DNA of 63,191 bases, the filler included, from Octopus bimaculoides (taxonomy: Eukaryota): assembly GCF_001194135.2 (NCBI RefSeq). It is 5 parts of 4 records of this genome, joined end to end, with 100 filler letters (N's around TTAATTAATTAA, not from the genome) between each part and the next. Parts side by side here need not be neighbours in the genome. Positions count along the whole stretch, not along the records: positions 1 to 17,909 come from NC_069009.1; 4 more parts are not named here. One strand, 5' to 3'. Under the pieces are notes generated by a model, which searched no databases, was not told the origin of the DNA, and was given only the letters and a program-made list of their open reading frames with translations. Positions 1 to 11,630 of the stretch are shown here, in pieces. The position numbers and the translations under genes were made by a program. The first letter of the stretch is position 1. Every line of letters begins with the position of its first letter.

Positions 1-4
1 TTGT

Positions 5-36
<32 letters not shown>

Positions 37-123
37 TATATACTAGACTACCCTTTGTGTCATCACGAAACTCCGAGTTTCCCACCAACGGAGTTTTGTT
101 TCGTGGGCTATTTTCTTTTCCAG

Positions 124-284
124 GTTATTTCGCATACATTCAATGAATGTGACATCGAAATCACGTGTAAACGGCTCATTTCCCCAGAAAAGGAAAGATT
201 TGGCTGCTATTTCTTGCACGCCATGCTACCATGTAACAGGTATTTCGGGTCCTTTAACGCAAATAGCTGTTACATGGTACCAAG
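124..284 (+). other. Candidate exon, product unknown
   Basis: Strong acceptor ttttcttttccag| at 111-123 and donor AAG|gtgagc at 285. Two frames are open across it (VISHTFNE...YMVP and LFRIHSMNVTSK...TWYQ). No recognised homology. Confidence 0.3.
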
Positions 285-663
285 GTGAGCTAGAAATAGC
301 CGCCAAGTACGTTGAATGCACTCGGAAAAAACCTATGGGAAAAACTATTTCAAACTGAGGTTATGAACGGGTCTTTTACGAAATATTTATCGTATTTTTA
401 AAAGTAATTTTCACTTTAGAATATTTTTTAAATATACCAAAATAAATTTTTGTGACGGTATTCACTTGAAAACATTAAAAAAAGCATTAAAATATTGTCT
501 GTTTAAAGAAAGCTAAAATATAAATACTTACTGTACAAACAACTTCCATTTTTGAAATCACATTCACTTTAAAATAGTTCTAAATTATTAGAATATTGTG
601 TTTAACAAAAGCGAAAATAGAAACATCTACCTAATAGAAAGATAAGAGTTTCTTCCTTTTTAG

Positions 664-807
664 GATGAAGATTATTTTCGGAACATTTTCCCATTATGCA
701 CCGTTTTGGGCATTTATAACAGAAAATCAAATATCTCGAAAACCACCTTACTTATTTACGCGAAACTTGTTTCATTTCGTTCGTATTAACATTTCAGGGT
801 GCACTTA
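664..807 (+). other. Candidate exon running into an N gap
   Basis: Acceptor tttcttccttttag| at 650-663. Joins in frame to 124-284 (CCA AG|G ATG AAG) and stays open to the gap at 808. No homology recognised. Confidence 0.2.
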
Positions 808-1810
808 NNNNNNNNNNNNNNNNNNNNNNNNNNNNNNNNNNNNNNNNNNNNNNNNNNNNNNNNNNNNNNNNNNNNNNNNNNNNNNNNNNNNNNNNNNNNN
901 NNNNNNNNNNNNNNNNNNNNNNNNNNNNNNNNNNNNNNNNNNNNNNNNNNNNNNNNNNNNNNNNNNNNNNNNNNNNNNNNNNNNNNNNNNNNNNNNNNNN
1001 NNNNNNNNNNNNNNNNNNNNNNNNNNNNNNNNNNNNNNNNNNNNNNNNNNNNNNNNNNNNNNNNNNNNNNNNNNNNNNNNNNNNNNNNNNNNNNNNNNNN
1101 NNNNNNNNNNNNNNNNNNNNNNNNNNNNNNNNNNNNNNNNNNNNNNNNNNNNNNNNNNNNNNNNNNNNNNNNNNNNNNNNNNNNNNNNNNNNNNNNNNNN
1201 NNNNNNNNNNNNNNNNNNNNNNNNNNNNNNNNNNNNNNNNNNNNNNNNNNNNNNNNNNNNNNNNNNNNNNNNNNNNNNNNNNNNNNNNNNNNNNNNNNNN
1301 NNNNNNNNNNNNNNNNNNNNNNNNNNNNNNNNNNNNNNNNNNNNNNNNNNNNNNNNNNNNNNNNNNNNNNNNNNNNNNNNNNNNNNNNNNNNNNNNNNNN
1401 NNNNNNNNNNNNNNNNNNNNNNNNNNNNNNNNNNNNNNNNNNNNNNNNNNNNNNNNNNNNNNNNNNNNNNNNNNNNNNNNNNNNNNNNNNNNNNNNNNNN
1501 NNNNNNNNNNNNNNNNNNNNNNNNNNNNNNNNNNNNNNNNNNNNNNNNNNNNNNNNNNNNNNNNNNNNNNNNNNNNNNNNNNNNNNNNNNNNNNNNNNNN
1601 NNNNNNNNNNNNNNNNNNNNNNNNNNNNNNNNNNNNNNNNNNNNNNNNNNNNNNNNNNNNNNNNNNNNNNNNNNNNNNNNNNNNNNNNNNNNNNNNNNNN
1701 NNNNNNNNNNNNNNNNNNNNNNNNNNNNNNNNNNNNNNNNNNGTTGAGATTTTCCTTCTCCCCTTTCACATAAGGAGAATTATGTTCACATACATAGAGA
1801 AAAAGAAAGG

Positions 1811-1829
1811 GAGATAGATAGATAGAAGA

Positions 1830-1866
<37 letters not shown>

Positions 1867-1885
1867 AAAAGAGAGAGAGAGAGAA

Positions 1886-1916
<31 letters not shown>

Positions 1917-1953
1917 AAGAGAGAGAGAGAGAAAGAAAGAGAGAGAGGGGGAG
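1811..1953. repeat. (AG)n/(AGAA)n microsatellite
   Basis: Directly visible simple repeat. Confidence 0.95.
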
Positions 1954-2389
1954 ACATTAAAATGAGAATACCATTAAGATGTCAGATAAGTCAATGTTAA
2001 AACAACGACGCCAAAAGGGCAGCGCCCGAACGTCTCATATCCTGACCATCATTAAAACACGTGTTTTGCTTAACTATACGACGTGCCACCGACGTGTTCG
2101 AACAACCGAAACCTCAAAATCGTTATTTTGAGCCTAACACCCCAACCACTACTCCATGCAGGAGGCGGGGTAGGAGGAGAGGTAGGTGGAGGGAAGTATA
2201 TGAAGGGCATGTCCCCTCCATGGAAATGGTTATTTTCAGTAAATTGTTGCAATATTATTTGAGTTAACAGAAGGATCTCTGTTGTGGTCGTCCGAATTGC
2301 TCGTAATAGCAACCAAAACCTCCCTCAACTGTTTGTCGTGAAAGTAGAGAAGGTGATTGCAACTAACCAAACGTTGCAAATAGCACAAC

Positions 2390-4082
2390 ACCACCACCGT
2401 CAACACCACTGTAACAACATCACAACGCCAGCGTCACCACCGCCACCTTTACCACCACTAGAGCTCCACCGCAACCTACTACGACCTATACAAACACAAC
2501 TACAACTGCTACTGCTCCTCCTCCTCCTACTACTACTACTACTAGTACTGCAGCTACAACAACAGCAACAACTACTACCACTCACCACCGCCGCCACCAC
2601 TACCACGGCTACTACTACCAGTTCCACTACTATCACAACCAACACCACTACTACTACCACAACCGCTACTACCACCCACCACCGCTACTACTACCAGTAC
2701 CACTACTATCACAACCACCACCACTACTACTACCACCCATCACCGCCACTACTACCGCTACTACTACCAGTTCCACTACTATCACAACCAACACCACTAN
2801 NNNNNNNNNNNNNNNNNNNNNNNNNNNNNNNNNNNNNNNNNNNNNNNNNNNNNNNNNNNNNNNNNNNNNNNNNNNNNNNNNNNNNNNNNNNNNNNNNNNN
2901 NNNNNNNNNNNNNNNNNNNNNNNNNNNNNNNNNNNNNNNNNNNNNNNNNNNNNNNNNNNNNNNNNNNNNNNNNNNNNNNNNNNNNNNNNNNNNNNNNNNN
3001 NNNNNNNNNNNNNNNNNNNNNNNNNNNNNNNNNNNNNNNNNNNNNNNNNNNNNNNNNNNNNNNNNNNNNNNNNNNNNNNNNNNNNNNNNNNNNNNNNNNN
3101 NNNNNNNNNNNNNNNNNNNNNNNNNNNNNNNNNNNNNNNNNNNNNNNNNNNNNNNNNNNNNNNNNNNNNNNNNNNNNNNNNNNNNNNNNNNNNNNNNNNN
3201 NNNNNNNNNNNNNNNNNNNNNNNNNNNNNNNNNNNNNNNNNNNNNNNNNNNNNNNNNNNNNNNNNNNNNNNNNNNNNNNNNNNNNNNNNNNNNNNNNNNN
3301 NNNNNNNNNNNNNNNNNNNNNNNNNNNNNNNNNNNNNNNNNNNNNNNNNNNNNNNNNNNNNNNNNNNNNNNNNNNNNNNNNNNNNNNNNNNNNNNNNNNN
3401 NNNNNNNNNNNNNNNNNNNNNNNNNNNNNNNNNNNNNNNNNNNNNNNNNNNNNNNNNNNNNNNNNNNNNNNNNNNNNNNNNNNNNNNNNNNNNNNNNNNN
3501 NNNNNNNNNNNNNNNNNNNNNNTGGTGGTGGTGGTAGTAGTAGTGTTGTAGTGGTGATAGGGTCGCAGTGGTGGTGGTGGTGGTGGTGGTGGTGGTAGTA
3601 GTGATGATGGTATAGTGGTAGTGGTGATGGTGTTGGCAGTGGTGATGGGGTGGTGGTGGTGGTTGTAGTAGTAGTGGTCATGGTGATAGTGTTGTAGTGG
3701 TGATAGGGTCGTGGTGGTGGTGGTGGTGGTAGTAGTAGTGGTGATGGTGTTGGTAGTGGTGATGGGGTGTTGGTGGAGGTGGTGATGATGAAGGTAATGA
3801 TGGTTGTGTTGGCGGTGGTAGTGATGATGGTGGTAGGTGTGATGGTGGTGATGGTTGTAGTGGTGGATGTGACTGTAGTGGTCATAATGTTGGTATATGT
3901 GATAGTACTGGTGTGGTGGTGGTAGTATTGACGATGGTGGAGTCAGCGGTTGTAGTTGTGGTGGTGATAGCGATGGTCACGGTGGTCTCAGTGGTGGAGA
4001 AGTTGTGGTGGTGGTGGTGGTGGTAAGGATGGTGGTGGTGGTGGTGGTGGTAAGGATGGTGGTGGTGGTGAAGCTGTTATTG
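2390..4082. repeat. Degenerate (ACC/ACT)n then (GGT/AGT)n trinucleotide tract spanning a gap
   Basis: Directly visible; source of the poly-T/H/P/V ORFs in the track. Confidence 0.9.
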
Positions 4083-5545
4083 NNNNNNNNNNNNNNNNNN
4101 NNNNNNNNNNNNNNNNNNNNNNNNNNNNNNNNNNNNNNNNNNNNNNNNNNNNNNNNNNNNNNNNNNNNNNNNNNNNNNNNNNNNNNNNNNNNNNNNNNNN
4201 NNNNNNNNNNNNNNNNNNNNNNNNNNNNNNNNNNNNNNNNNNNNNNNNNNNNNNNNNNNNNNNNNNNNNNNNNNNNNNNNNNNNNNNNNNNNNNNNNNNN
4301 NNNNNNNNNNNNNNNNNNNNNNNNNNNNNNNNNNNNNNNNNNNNNNNNNNNNNNNNNNNNNNNNNNNNNNNNNNNNNNNNNNNNNNNNNNNNNNNNNNNN
4401 NNNNNNNNNNNNNNNNNNNNNNNNNNNNNNNNNNNNNNNNNNNNNNNNNNNNNNNNNNNNNNNNNNNNNNNNNNNNNNNNNNNNNNNNNNNNNNNNNNNN
4501 NNNNNNNNNNNNNNNNNNNNNNNNNNNNNNNNNNNNNNNNNNNNNNNNNNNNNNNNNNNNNNNNNNNNNNNNNNNNNNNNNNNNNNNNNNNNNNNNNNNN
4601 NNNNNNNNNNNNNNNNNNNNNNNNNNNNNNNNNNNNNNNNNNNNNNNNNNNNNNNNNNNNNNNNNNNNNNNNNNNNNNNNNNNNNNNNNNNNNNNNNNNN
4701 NNNNNNNNNNNNNNNNNNNNNNNNNNNNNNNNNNNNNNNNNNNNNNNNNNNNNNNNNNNNNNNNNNNNNNNNNNNNNNNNNNNNNNNNNNNNNNNNNNNN
4801 NNNNNNNNNNNNNNNNNNNNNNNNNNNNNNNNNNNNNNNNNNNNNNNNNNNNNNNNNNNNNNNNNNNNNNNNNNNNNNNNNNNNNNNNNNNNNNNNNNNN
4901 NNNNNNNNNNNNNNNNNNNNNNNNNNNNNNNNNNNNNNNNNNNNNNNNNNNNNNNNNNNNNNNNNNNCAGTCACTCACACATACATATACTAGCTCGTAC
5001 ACACACATACACAATCTCACAAACGTACACTCTCATACACACATGCCACACATACACACACAAACATACACAATCTCACAAACATACACCCTCATACACA
5101 CACACGTGTATGCAATCATACCCAAACACACACACATAAATACACAAAGTATAGCTCACGCATACACACAGTCCCACACTCACTCACACACATATACGTA
5201 CAAACACGCATCCACGTGTGTGTGCATGTATGCATTCATATATACATTGGTAACCATACATACTCACACACGCAAGCACTGGTCCAAATACACGCACACA
5301 CATACACACATGTACTCTACATGTTTTTCTTTAACAAGATTAATATTGAGAGTGACTTCGAAGTCTCAACCTGCTAAATTATCAGAGAATCCGTTGATGC
5401 CTTATGTATATATACATATATATATATATNNNNNNNNNNNNNNNNNNNNNNNNNNNNNNNNNNNNNNNNNNNNNNNNNNNNNNNNNNNNNNNNNNNNNNN
5501 NNNNNNNNNNNNNNNNNNNNNNNNNNNNNGTATATATATTCTTTG

Positions 5546-5582
<37 letters not shown>

Positions 5583-5809
5583 TATATATAACCATTCATG
5601 GCGGACTCCTGCACTTTTACCGTCTTTGACTCTTTTGCTTACATGTCCATTTAATCTACTTATTGGGTGTGTGGAGTTACAGTAAACATAAAGGACATTT
5701 ATGGTCAGTGACGCTTTTTTCACCACCGGATTGGGTAGCCCGGTTCAAATCGGTGGACTGTGAAACCTCTCGCACTATCGCTCCTCATCTAAAAGATTCG
5801 TGAGAGAGT

Positions 5810-6042
5810 ACGTGCTGTCTCGATTCCCAAGGCTCATTAGGTCGATCACCCGCTTTCTATGGCGTACAAATGACCGAGAATATAACGTCTCCATCCTGAA
5901 GGGAACTCGAAGTATGACTCATTTACAGCTGAAGGGACTGAGCAACGTGCATTGCTCAAGAATACAATGCACCACCAAGTTCGAGAAGCGAAACCACGAT
6001 CTTGCGATCGGGAGTGCAGAACCCCAAATCGCTAGGCCACGC
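5810..6042 (-). mobile_element. tRNA-derived SINE, family C (diverged)
   Basis: Reverse complement gcgtggcctagcg...aagatcgtggtttcg...ttcttgagcaatgcac...cagctgtaaatgagt...tacgccatagaaa...atgagcc is colinear with the 25935 copy. Confidence 0.75.
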
Positions 6043-6479
6043 ATTTTCACTTCGAGCGAGAGAGAGAGGGGGAGAAGGGGAGAGAAGGGGAGAGAGAGAG
6101 CGCGATGTGGTGGAAAGAAATTAAATAAAAATGGGTTTTAAACGTGATAAAAACAGGAAGTTTTAAACACTATATAATTTTTTAAACAATATAATAAAGT
6201 ATAATAAAAAGAGTAATAAAAATTCTATTTAATAAATAAATGGGGTCGAAAATAATAATAATAATAATAAAAGGGGTGACAAACAATTTTAAAAGCAATG
6301 AATAAATAAATAGATAAAAACAAGGGGTAATAAAACTGGGGTAAAAATATTTCCCACTTAAATACGATGAACTCGACTGTAAATAAATATGAAAAAATAT
6401 GGCTGACTTCCTCGTTTTTCAATTAGTTTCGTTCCGGGTCCCTCATTTTTTTATCGCCGCCATTTTGTCATTTTTTTTC

Positions 6480-8060
6480 TGCGATTTTTTCTTCCGTCTT
6501 TTTTACCTTTTTATCTTGTTTTGTCGTTTTGTTTCGGTTTTTGTTTTAGTAATTCTTTTGTTTTATTTTACAGCATGTTTTCCCTCCTTTTTTATATATA
6601 TATATTATGCAATTCTATAAATCATCTTTTACATGTATTTGCTTTGCTTTGCATTTTCCCTTTGTTTCTCTCGTGGTTTCTTTCTAAACTCGTTCTTCTT
6701 TCTCTCTTCTATTTATATTTTTTCGTGTACTTTCTTCTTCGTAGTTTTCTTTCCTACTTTGGTTATTTTTGTTTTGTCATTTTCATTCCTTCTTTCATCA
6801 CTAACCTATCCTCCTCATTCTTTCTTTCTTTCCTTCTTTCCTTCCTTATCTCGTTCATTTTTCTTTCCTAACATTTTTTTTCTTTTCTCCTTTATTATTC
6901 TTCTCTTTAAGTTTTTCTTCTCTCTTTTCTGCTTTCTTTCATTTACTTATTCTTCTTCTTCTCATTTTCGTTTTTTCTGTGTTTCTTTTTTATTCCTCGT
7001 TCTTTTCTGATTTTTCCCATTATATTCGCTTATTCTTCTTCACGAATTTTTAAAAGTATATTTTTTTCATTTAGATTTCATTCATATTTTGGCTCTTCAT
7101 TTATAATATCCTTCTTTCTTTCATTTTTTCCTTCTCTTTTCCTTTTTCACTATATACACTTTTCTTCCTTCTTTTTCACTCTTAGCTCCTTTATTTTCCG
7201 CCGACCTATTATTGTCTTACCGCCCTCTTTCTTTGTTTCTTTCTTTCTCTTTCCTTCCTTTATTTTTCTGTCTCTTTTTTCTGTAATATTTTTTTATCTT
7301 ACTATTTCATTCTCACTCAGTTTGTTTCTATCAATTTCTTTCTTTCCTCCCTTTTTCTTCATTCCTCTTAGCTTATTCTTCAAATCTACCCTTCTTTCAA
7401 CATTTCATTCTATAATTCTCTCCTTCATTCCTTTCGCTCATTCTTTTCTTTCTTTCATTTATGTCTTACAGTCTCTCTCTCTCTTCATCAACTCTCATTT
7501 ACTTTCTCCTTTTCTCCATTATTTCATTCGCTTTTTTTTTTCCACTTCTCTCCTTTCTTCGTTATTTCTGTCTGCTCTTTTCTTTTTTTCTTTATTTTCT
7601 CTTTCTCTTTCACTCTCTCCTCCTCTTTTCTATCATCATTTCTTTTTCTTTCTTTCTTTCCTCCTTTCTTTTTCTCATTTCCTTCATTCTGTCTCAACCA
7701 AATTTTTTATCACTCTCTCCTTCCCTTCTCTCCTTCCTCAATTCTTCCATTTATTCTCTTTCTCCTGTTTCATTCATTTCTTCTTTCTCTTCCCTCTTTA
7801 CATCCTATCGTCATTATTTCATTTCTCACTCGTTCCTATTATTTTCCTTCCCTTTTTATATTTACTTCCTTTCTTTCTTACTTTCATGCCTTCATTTTTT
7901 CCTTTCATTCATTCATTCTTTCTTTCTTCGCTTTTCTGTCTTTCTCTCTCACACACACACTCTCTCTCAGTTTGTGTCTCTTTCTCTATCTCTTTCTTTT
8001 TCTCTCTCTCTCTCTCTGTCTCTCTCTCCCTCCCTCCCTCTCTATCTCACCTCCCTTTTC
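6480..8060. repeat. About 1.6-kb T/C-rich low-complexity tract
   Basis: Strongly pyrimidine-biased + strand; gives the F/L/S-rich spurious ORFs. Confidence 0.9.
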
Positions 8061-8529
8061 TTCTGTTTCCGGTTAACCAACAAAGAGATGCTTCCATTTA
8101 GTACTCCACGTGCTAGAAATAACAGTTAACTCTGTCTCTCTCTCTCGCCTCTCTTACTTCCGTTTCCATTCACTTTAATGTCGTCAAACGATGTAAGTGA
8201 AAGAAGAAATTACACTTCCGGTTTCTATATTCCCAATTACACCAAAACGAGGCTATAGACGCCGTCAATATTTCCGACCACGATAAGGTTTCTATGACAT
8301 GGCTTGTTGTCGTTATTGTTGTTGTTGTGGTGGTGTTGGTGGTGGTGGTCATCGCCGCCGTCGTTGTTGCTGTCGCTGGCATCGTTTCGTTGTCATTGTT
8401 CTGACGTTGTTACCGTTCCTGTCAATACCATTGTTGTCGGGATTGTTCTTGTTGTTGTTGTTGTTGTTGTTGCTGCTGCTGCTTGCTGTTTTGTTCTCCC
8501 AGTCAATGCAGATCCATAATGTAGACATC

Positions 8530-8695
8530 AGGCGCAGGCGTGACTGTGTGGTAAGAAGCTTGCTTCCCGGCCACGTGGTCCTGGGTTCAGTCCCACTGCA
8601 TGGCACCTTGGGCGAGTGTCTTCGACTACAGCCTCAGGCCGACCAAGGTCTTGTGAGTGGATTTGTTAGGCGGAAACTGAAAGAAGCCCGTCGTA
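8530..8695 (+). mobile_element. tRNA-derived SINE, family A, 5' half (CORE-like centre)
   Basis: gtgtggtaagaagcttgc (A-box region), gggttcagtccc (B-box-like), accttgggcgagtgtcttc, ending aactgaaagaagcccgtcg. At least 7 similar copies in the window. Resemblance to octopus OR-type CORE-SINEs is from memory. Confidence 0.9.
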
Positions 8696-9505
8696 TATAC
8701 ATACATACACATATACATACATGCCTATATACACACGTGTGTGTGTGTGTGCGTTTGTTTTGCTTAGAATTAGGTCAGTGCTATGATTTAAGGCGTTCCA
8801 CCCGTGAATATCCCATTTTTTGTATATCTTGAAATTCATTTGCTGTGTCCTTCAGTCAGAATGAGACTTTAGTGAGACTTGGCTGCTACTTCTAGCTGTG
8901 TAACCACGTATAGGCAACGTTGTGGCCTCGCACAGTCATTACTAATGTTATGTTGACGTTGGCGGTGGTAGAGGTGAAGGTTACGGTGTTGGTGGTGGTG
9001 GTAATGGTGGTTCTGATGGAGGTGGTAGTAGTGTTGGTGATGATGGTTGAACGGTGACGGTGATGGTGATGATAGTGGTGGTGGTGGCAGTGGTAGTGTG
9101 ATGGTGGTGATGATGGTAGTGGTGGCTGTGGTGGTACTGGTGATAGTGGAGATGTTGGTTATGATAGTAGCTGTTGGAGAGGTGGTGATGCTGCTGTTGT
9201 TGTTGTTGTTCTTGGTGGTGGTGGTGGTGGTGTGTGTGTGTGTGTGTGCGCGTGTGTGTCTGATTTCTGTTGTTTCTGGTTGGCTCTTACAAAACGTTAC
9301 ATCCGGATCATTTGTGCCTCGTCCGAAGATGATACCGGGGGTTTCGGGTGTGCAAGGAGACGTTAGGGTATATATGTGTGTGGGCGGGGTAGATGGAGGT
9401 AGGGCGATAAAAGGCGGGTGGCGGGGAGAGGATGGACGGAAGGAAGCCAAAACATTGAAAGACGTTAATTATCATGAATGCGCGACAACAATGAGGAAAG
9501 ATGAA

Positions 9506-9546
<41 letters not shown>

Positions 9547-10370
9547 GGTAGTTGTACATACGTAAATTTACACACACAGACATACATATATAAACATATA
9601 CATACAGACACACACAAATATAGACAAACACACATATAGACATATATATATACACATAAGTTTACACACACACACACATATAGACATGCATATACATACA
9701 TAAATTTACACACGTACACACACACACACACACACACATATATCTACACACATTTGTCGTTATTTGTGTATATACATAGATGTATATATTTAATATAAAT
9801 TTATGTGCATGTAAGCACGTATAGGTGCATTTATAAATATGTGCGTGAGTGTGTGTGTATGTATGTATGTATGTATGCATATATGTGTGTGTATGTGTGT
9901 ATATTTATATCTANNNNNNNNNNNNNNNNNNNNNNNNNNNNNNNNNNNNNNNNNNNNNNNNNNNNNNNNNNNNNNNNNNNNNNNNNNNNNNNNNNNNNNN
10001 NNNNNNNNNNNNNNNNNNNNNNNNNNNNNNNNNNNNNNNNNNNNNNNNNNNNNNNNNNNNNNNNNNNNNNNNNNNNNNNNNNNNNNNNNNNNNNNNNNNN
10101 NNNNNNNNNNNNNNNNNNNNNNNNNNNNNNNNNNNNNNNNNNNNNNNNNNNNNNNNNNNNNNNNNNNNNNNNNNNNNNNNNNNNNNNNNNNNNNNNNNNN
10201 NNNGTATGTATGTATGTATGCATATATGTGTGTGTATGTGTGTATATTTATATCTACTCACAGGCAAAGAGTGTTAATATCTCACGATAACAAATACTGC
10301 AATCTACTCTCTCCTCTTCGTCTTCTTCCCTCCCCTCTCCCCTTCTCTCTCTCTCTCTGTCTCTCTCTCG

Positions 10371-10385
<15 letters not shown>

Positions 10386-10404
<19 letters not shown>

Positions 10405-10640
10405 TAATGTTTCTTGTGTGTGTATGTGAGTTATGTGTGGGTTCATTTGCGTGTGTGTCCATGTATGTATACTTGTGCGCGTGTGTGTGTGTGTGTGTGT
10501 TAATGTTTGTTGTGTGTGTATGTGAGTTATGTGTGGGTTCATTTGCGTGTGTGTCCATGTATGTATACTTGGGTGTGTGTGTGTGTGTGTGAGTTATGTG
10601 TGGGTTCATTTGCGTGTGTCCATGTATGTATACCTGGGTG
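10386..10640. repeat. GT-rich minisatellite, about 3 units
   Basis: gagttatgtgtgggttcatttgcgtgt recurs at 10428, 10524 and 10591. Confidence 0.9.
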
Positions 10641-11387
10641 TGTGTGTATTTTTTGTGCGTGCGCGTGTGTGTATGTAGGGAATATTTCTATTTTTGAGAT
10701 GATGTATGTGACTGGCGAGTATTGTGGATTTACTGTTTCTTGTATCTAAAAGAATTATACATATATATATATATCTAAAAGAGTTATTTATATATATACA
10801 GAGAGAGGGAGAGTGAGATAGAGAGATTATGAATAATAAATGAGAGGAAATCGAACCGGTGAGTGTTGTTAAATAATAAGGCATTAAGACAAAATGACTT
10901 TCCTCAGACACAACATAATCTGCTTCAACACCCGAATTCACATAAAGAATCTTGCTAGTCAGATGAAAAGTGAAGAATTATATATATCATATGTATATAT
11001 GATAGATTCTCCTATTGTAGACGACGTACGAGTGTTCAGCTGTTTTGCCGGAACGCCTACACAAATGATTCGTTTATAATGAACACAATCTCGAGCTGCG
11101 CATTAAACTCACCCCCTCCATTAAATCGACGTCGTCTAAACAGGTGCACAGTGTAACTCACACGTGAGGTGTCCCGTGCGTCAACCATCGCAAAAATCGA
11201 ACAGGATAAAAGCATTGGAAAGACAAGGCGCACCACGTGGCAGTACGACTGCACAGGAAGACGTCGGTCGGCAGACTGATCCCTGGGGTGGGGCCGCATC
11301 TAGTGGCTTCTAGCAGCGGAAGTACAACGGGCTTGTCCCATAAAGAACGTTTCCGGTTACCTTTGGGTATCTCCTCGTGTATATATA

Positions 11388-11630
11388 CTCTTTTTTTTTA
11401 CTCTTTTACTTGTTTCAGTCATTTGACTGTGGCCATGCTGGAGCACCACCTTTTAGTTGAGCTAATCAACCCCAGGACTTATTCTTTGTAAGCCTAGTAC
11501 TTATTCCATCGGTCTCTTTTGCCGAACCGCTATGTTACGGGGACGTAAACACACCAGCATCGGTTGTCAAGCGATGTTGGGGAGGACAAACACAGACACA
11601 CAAGCATATACACACACATACATATATATA
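11388..11630 (-). mobile_element. SINE family A, 3' half
   Basis: Reverse complement matches the 3' half of the full-length copy at 31734-32142 (cgcttgacaaccgatgctggtgtgtttacgtccccgtaac...cagcatggccacagtcaaatgactgaaacaagtaaaaga). Truncated by a gap. Confidence 0.9.

Noticed and set aside
5800-6141. 113-aa + strand ORF MREYVLSRF...
   Set aside because: Antisense reading of a family C SINE plus (AG)n.
9861-10256. 53-bp direct repeat on both sides of a gap
   Set aside because: Typical unmerged contig overlap.
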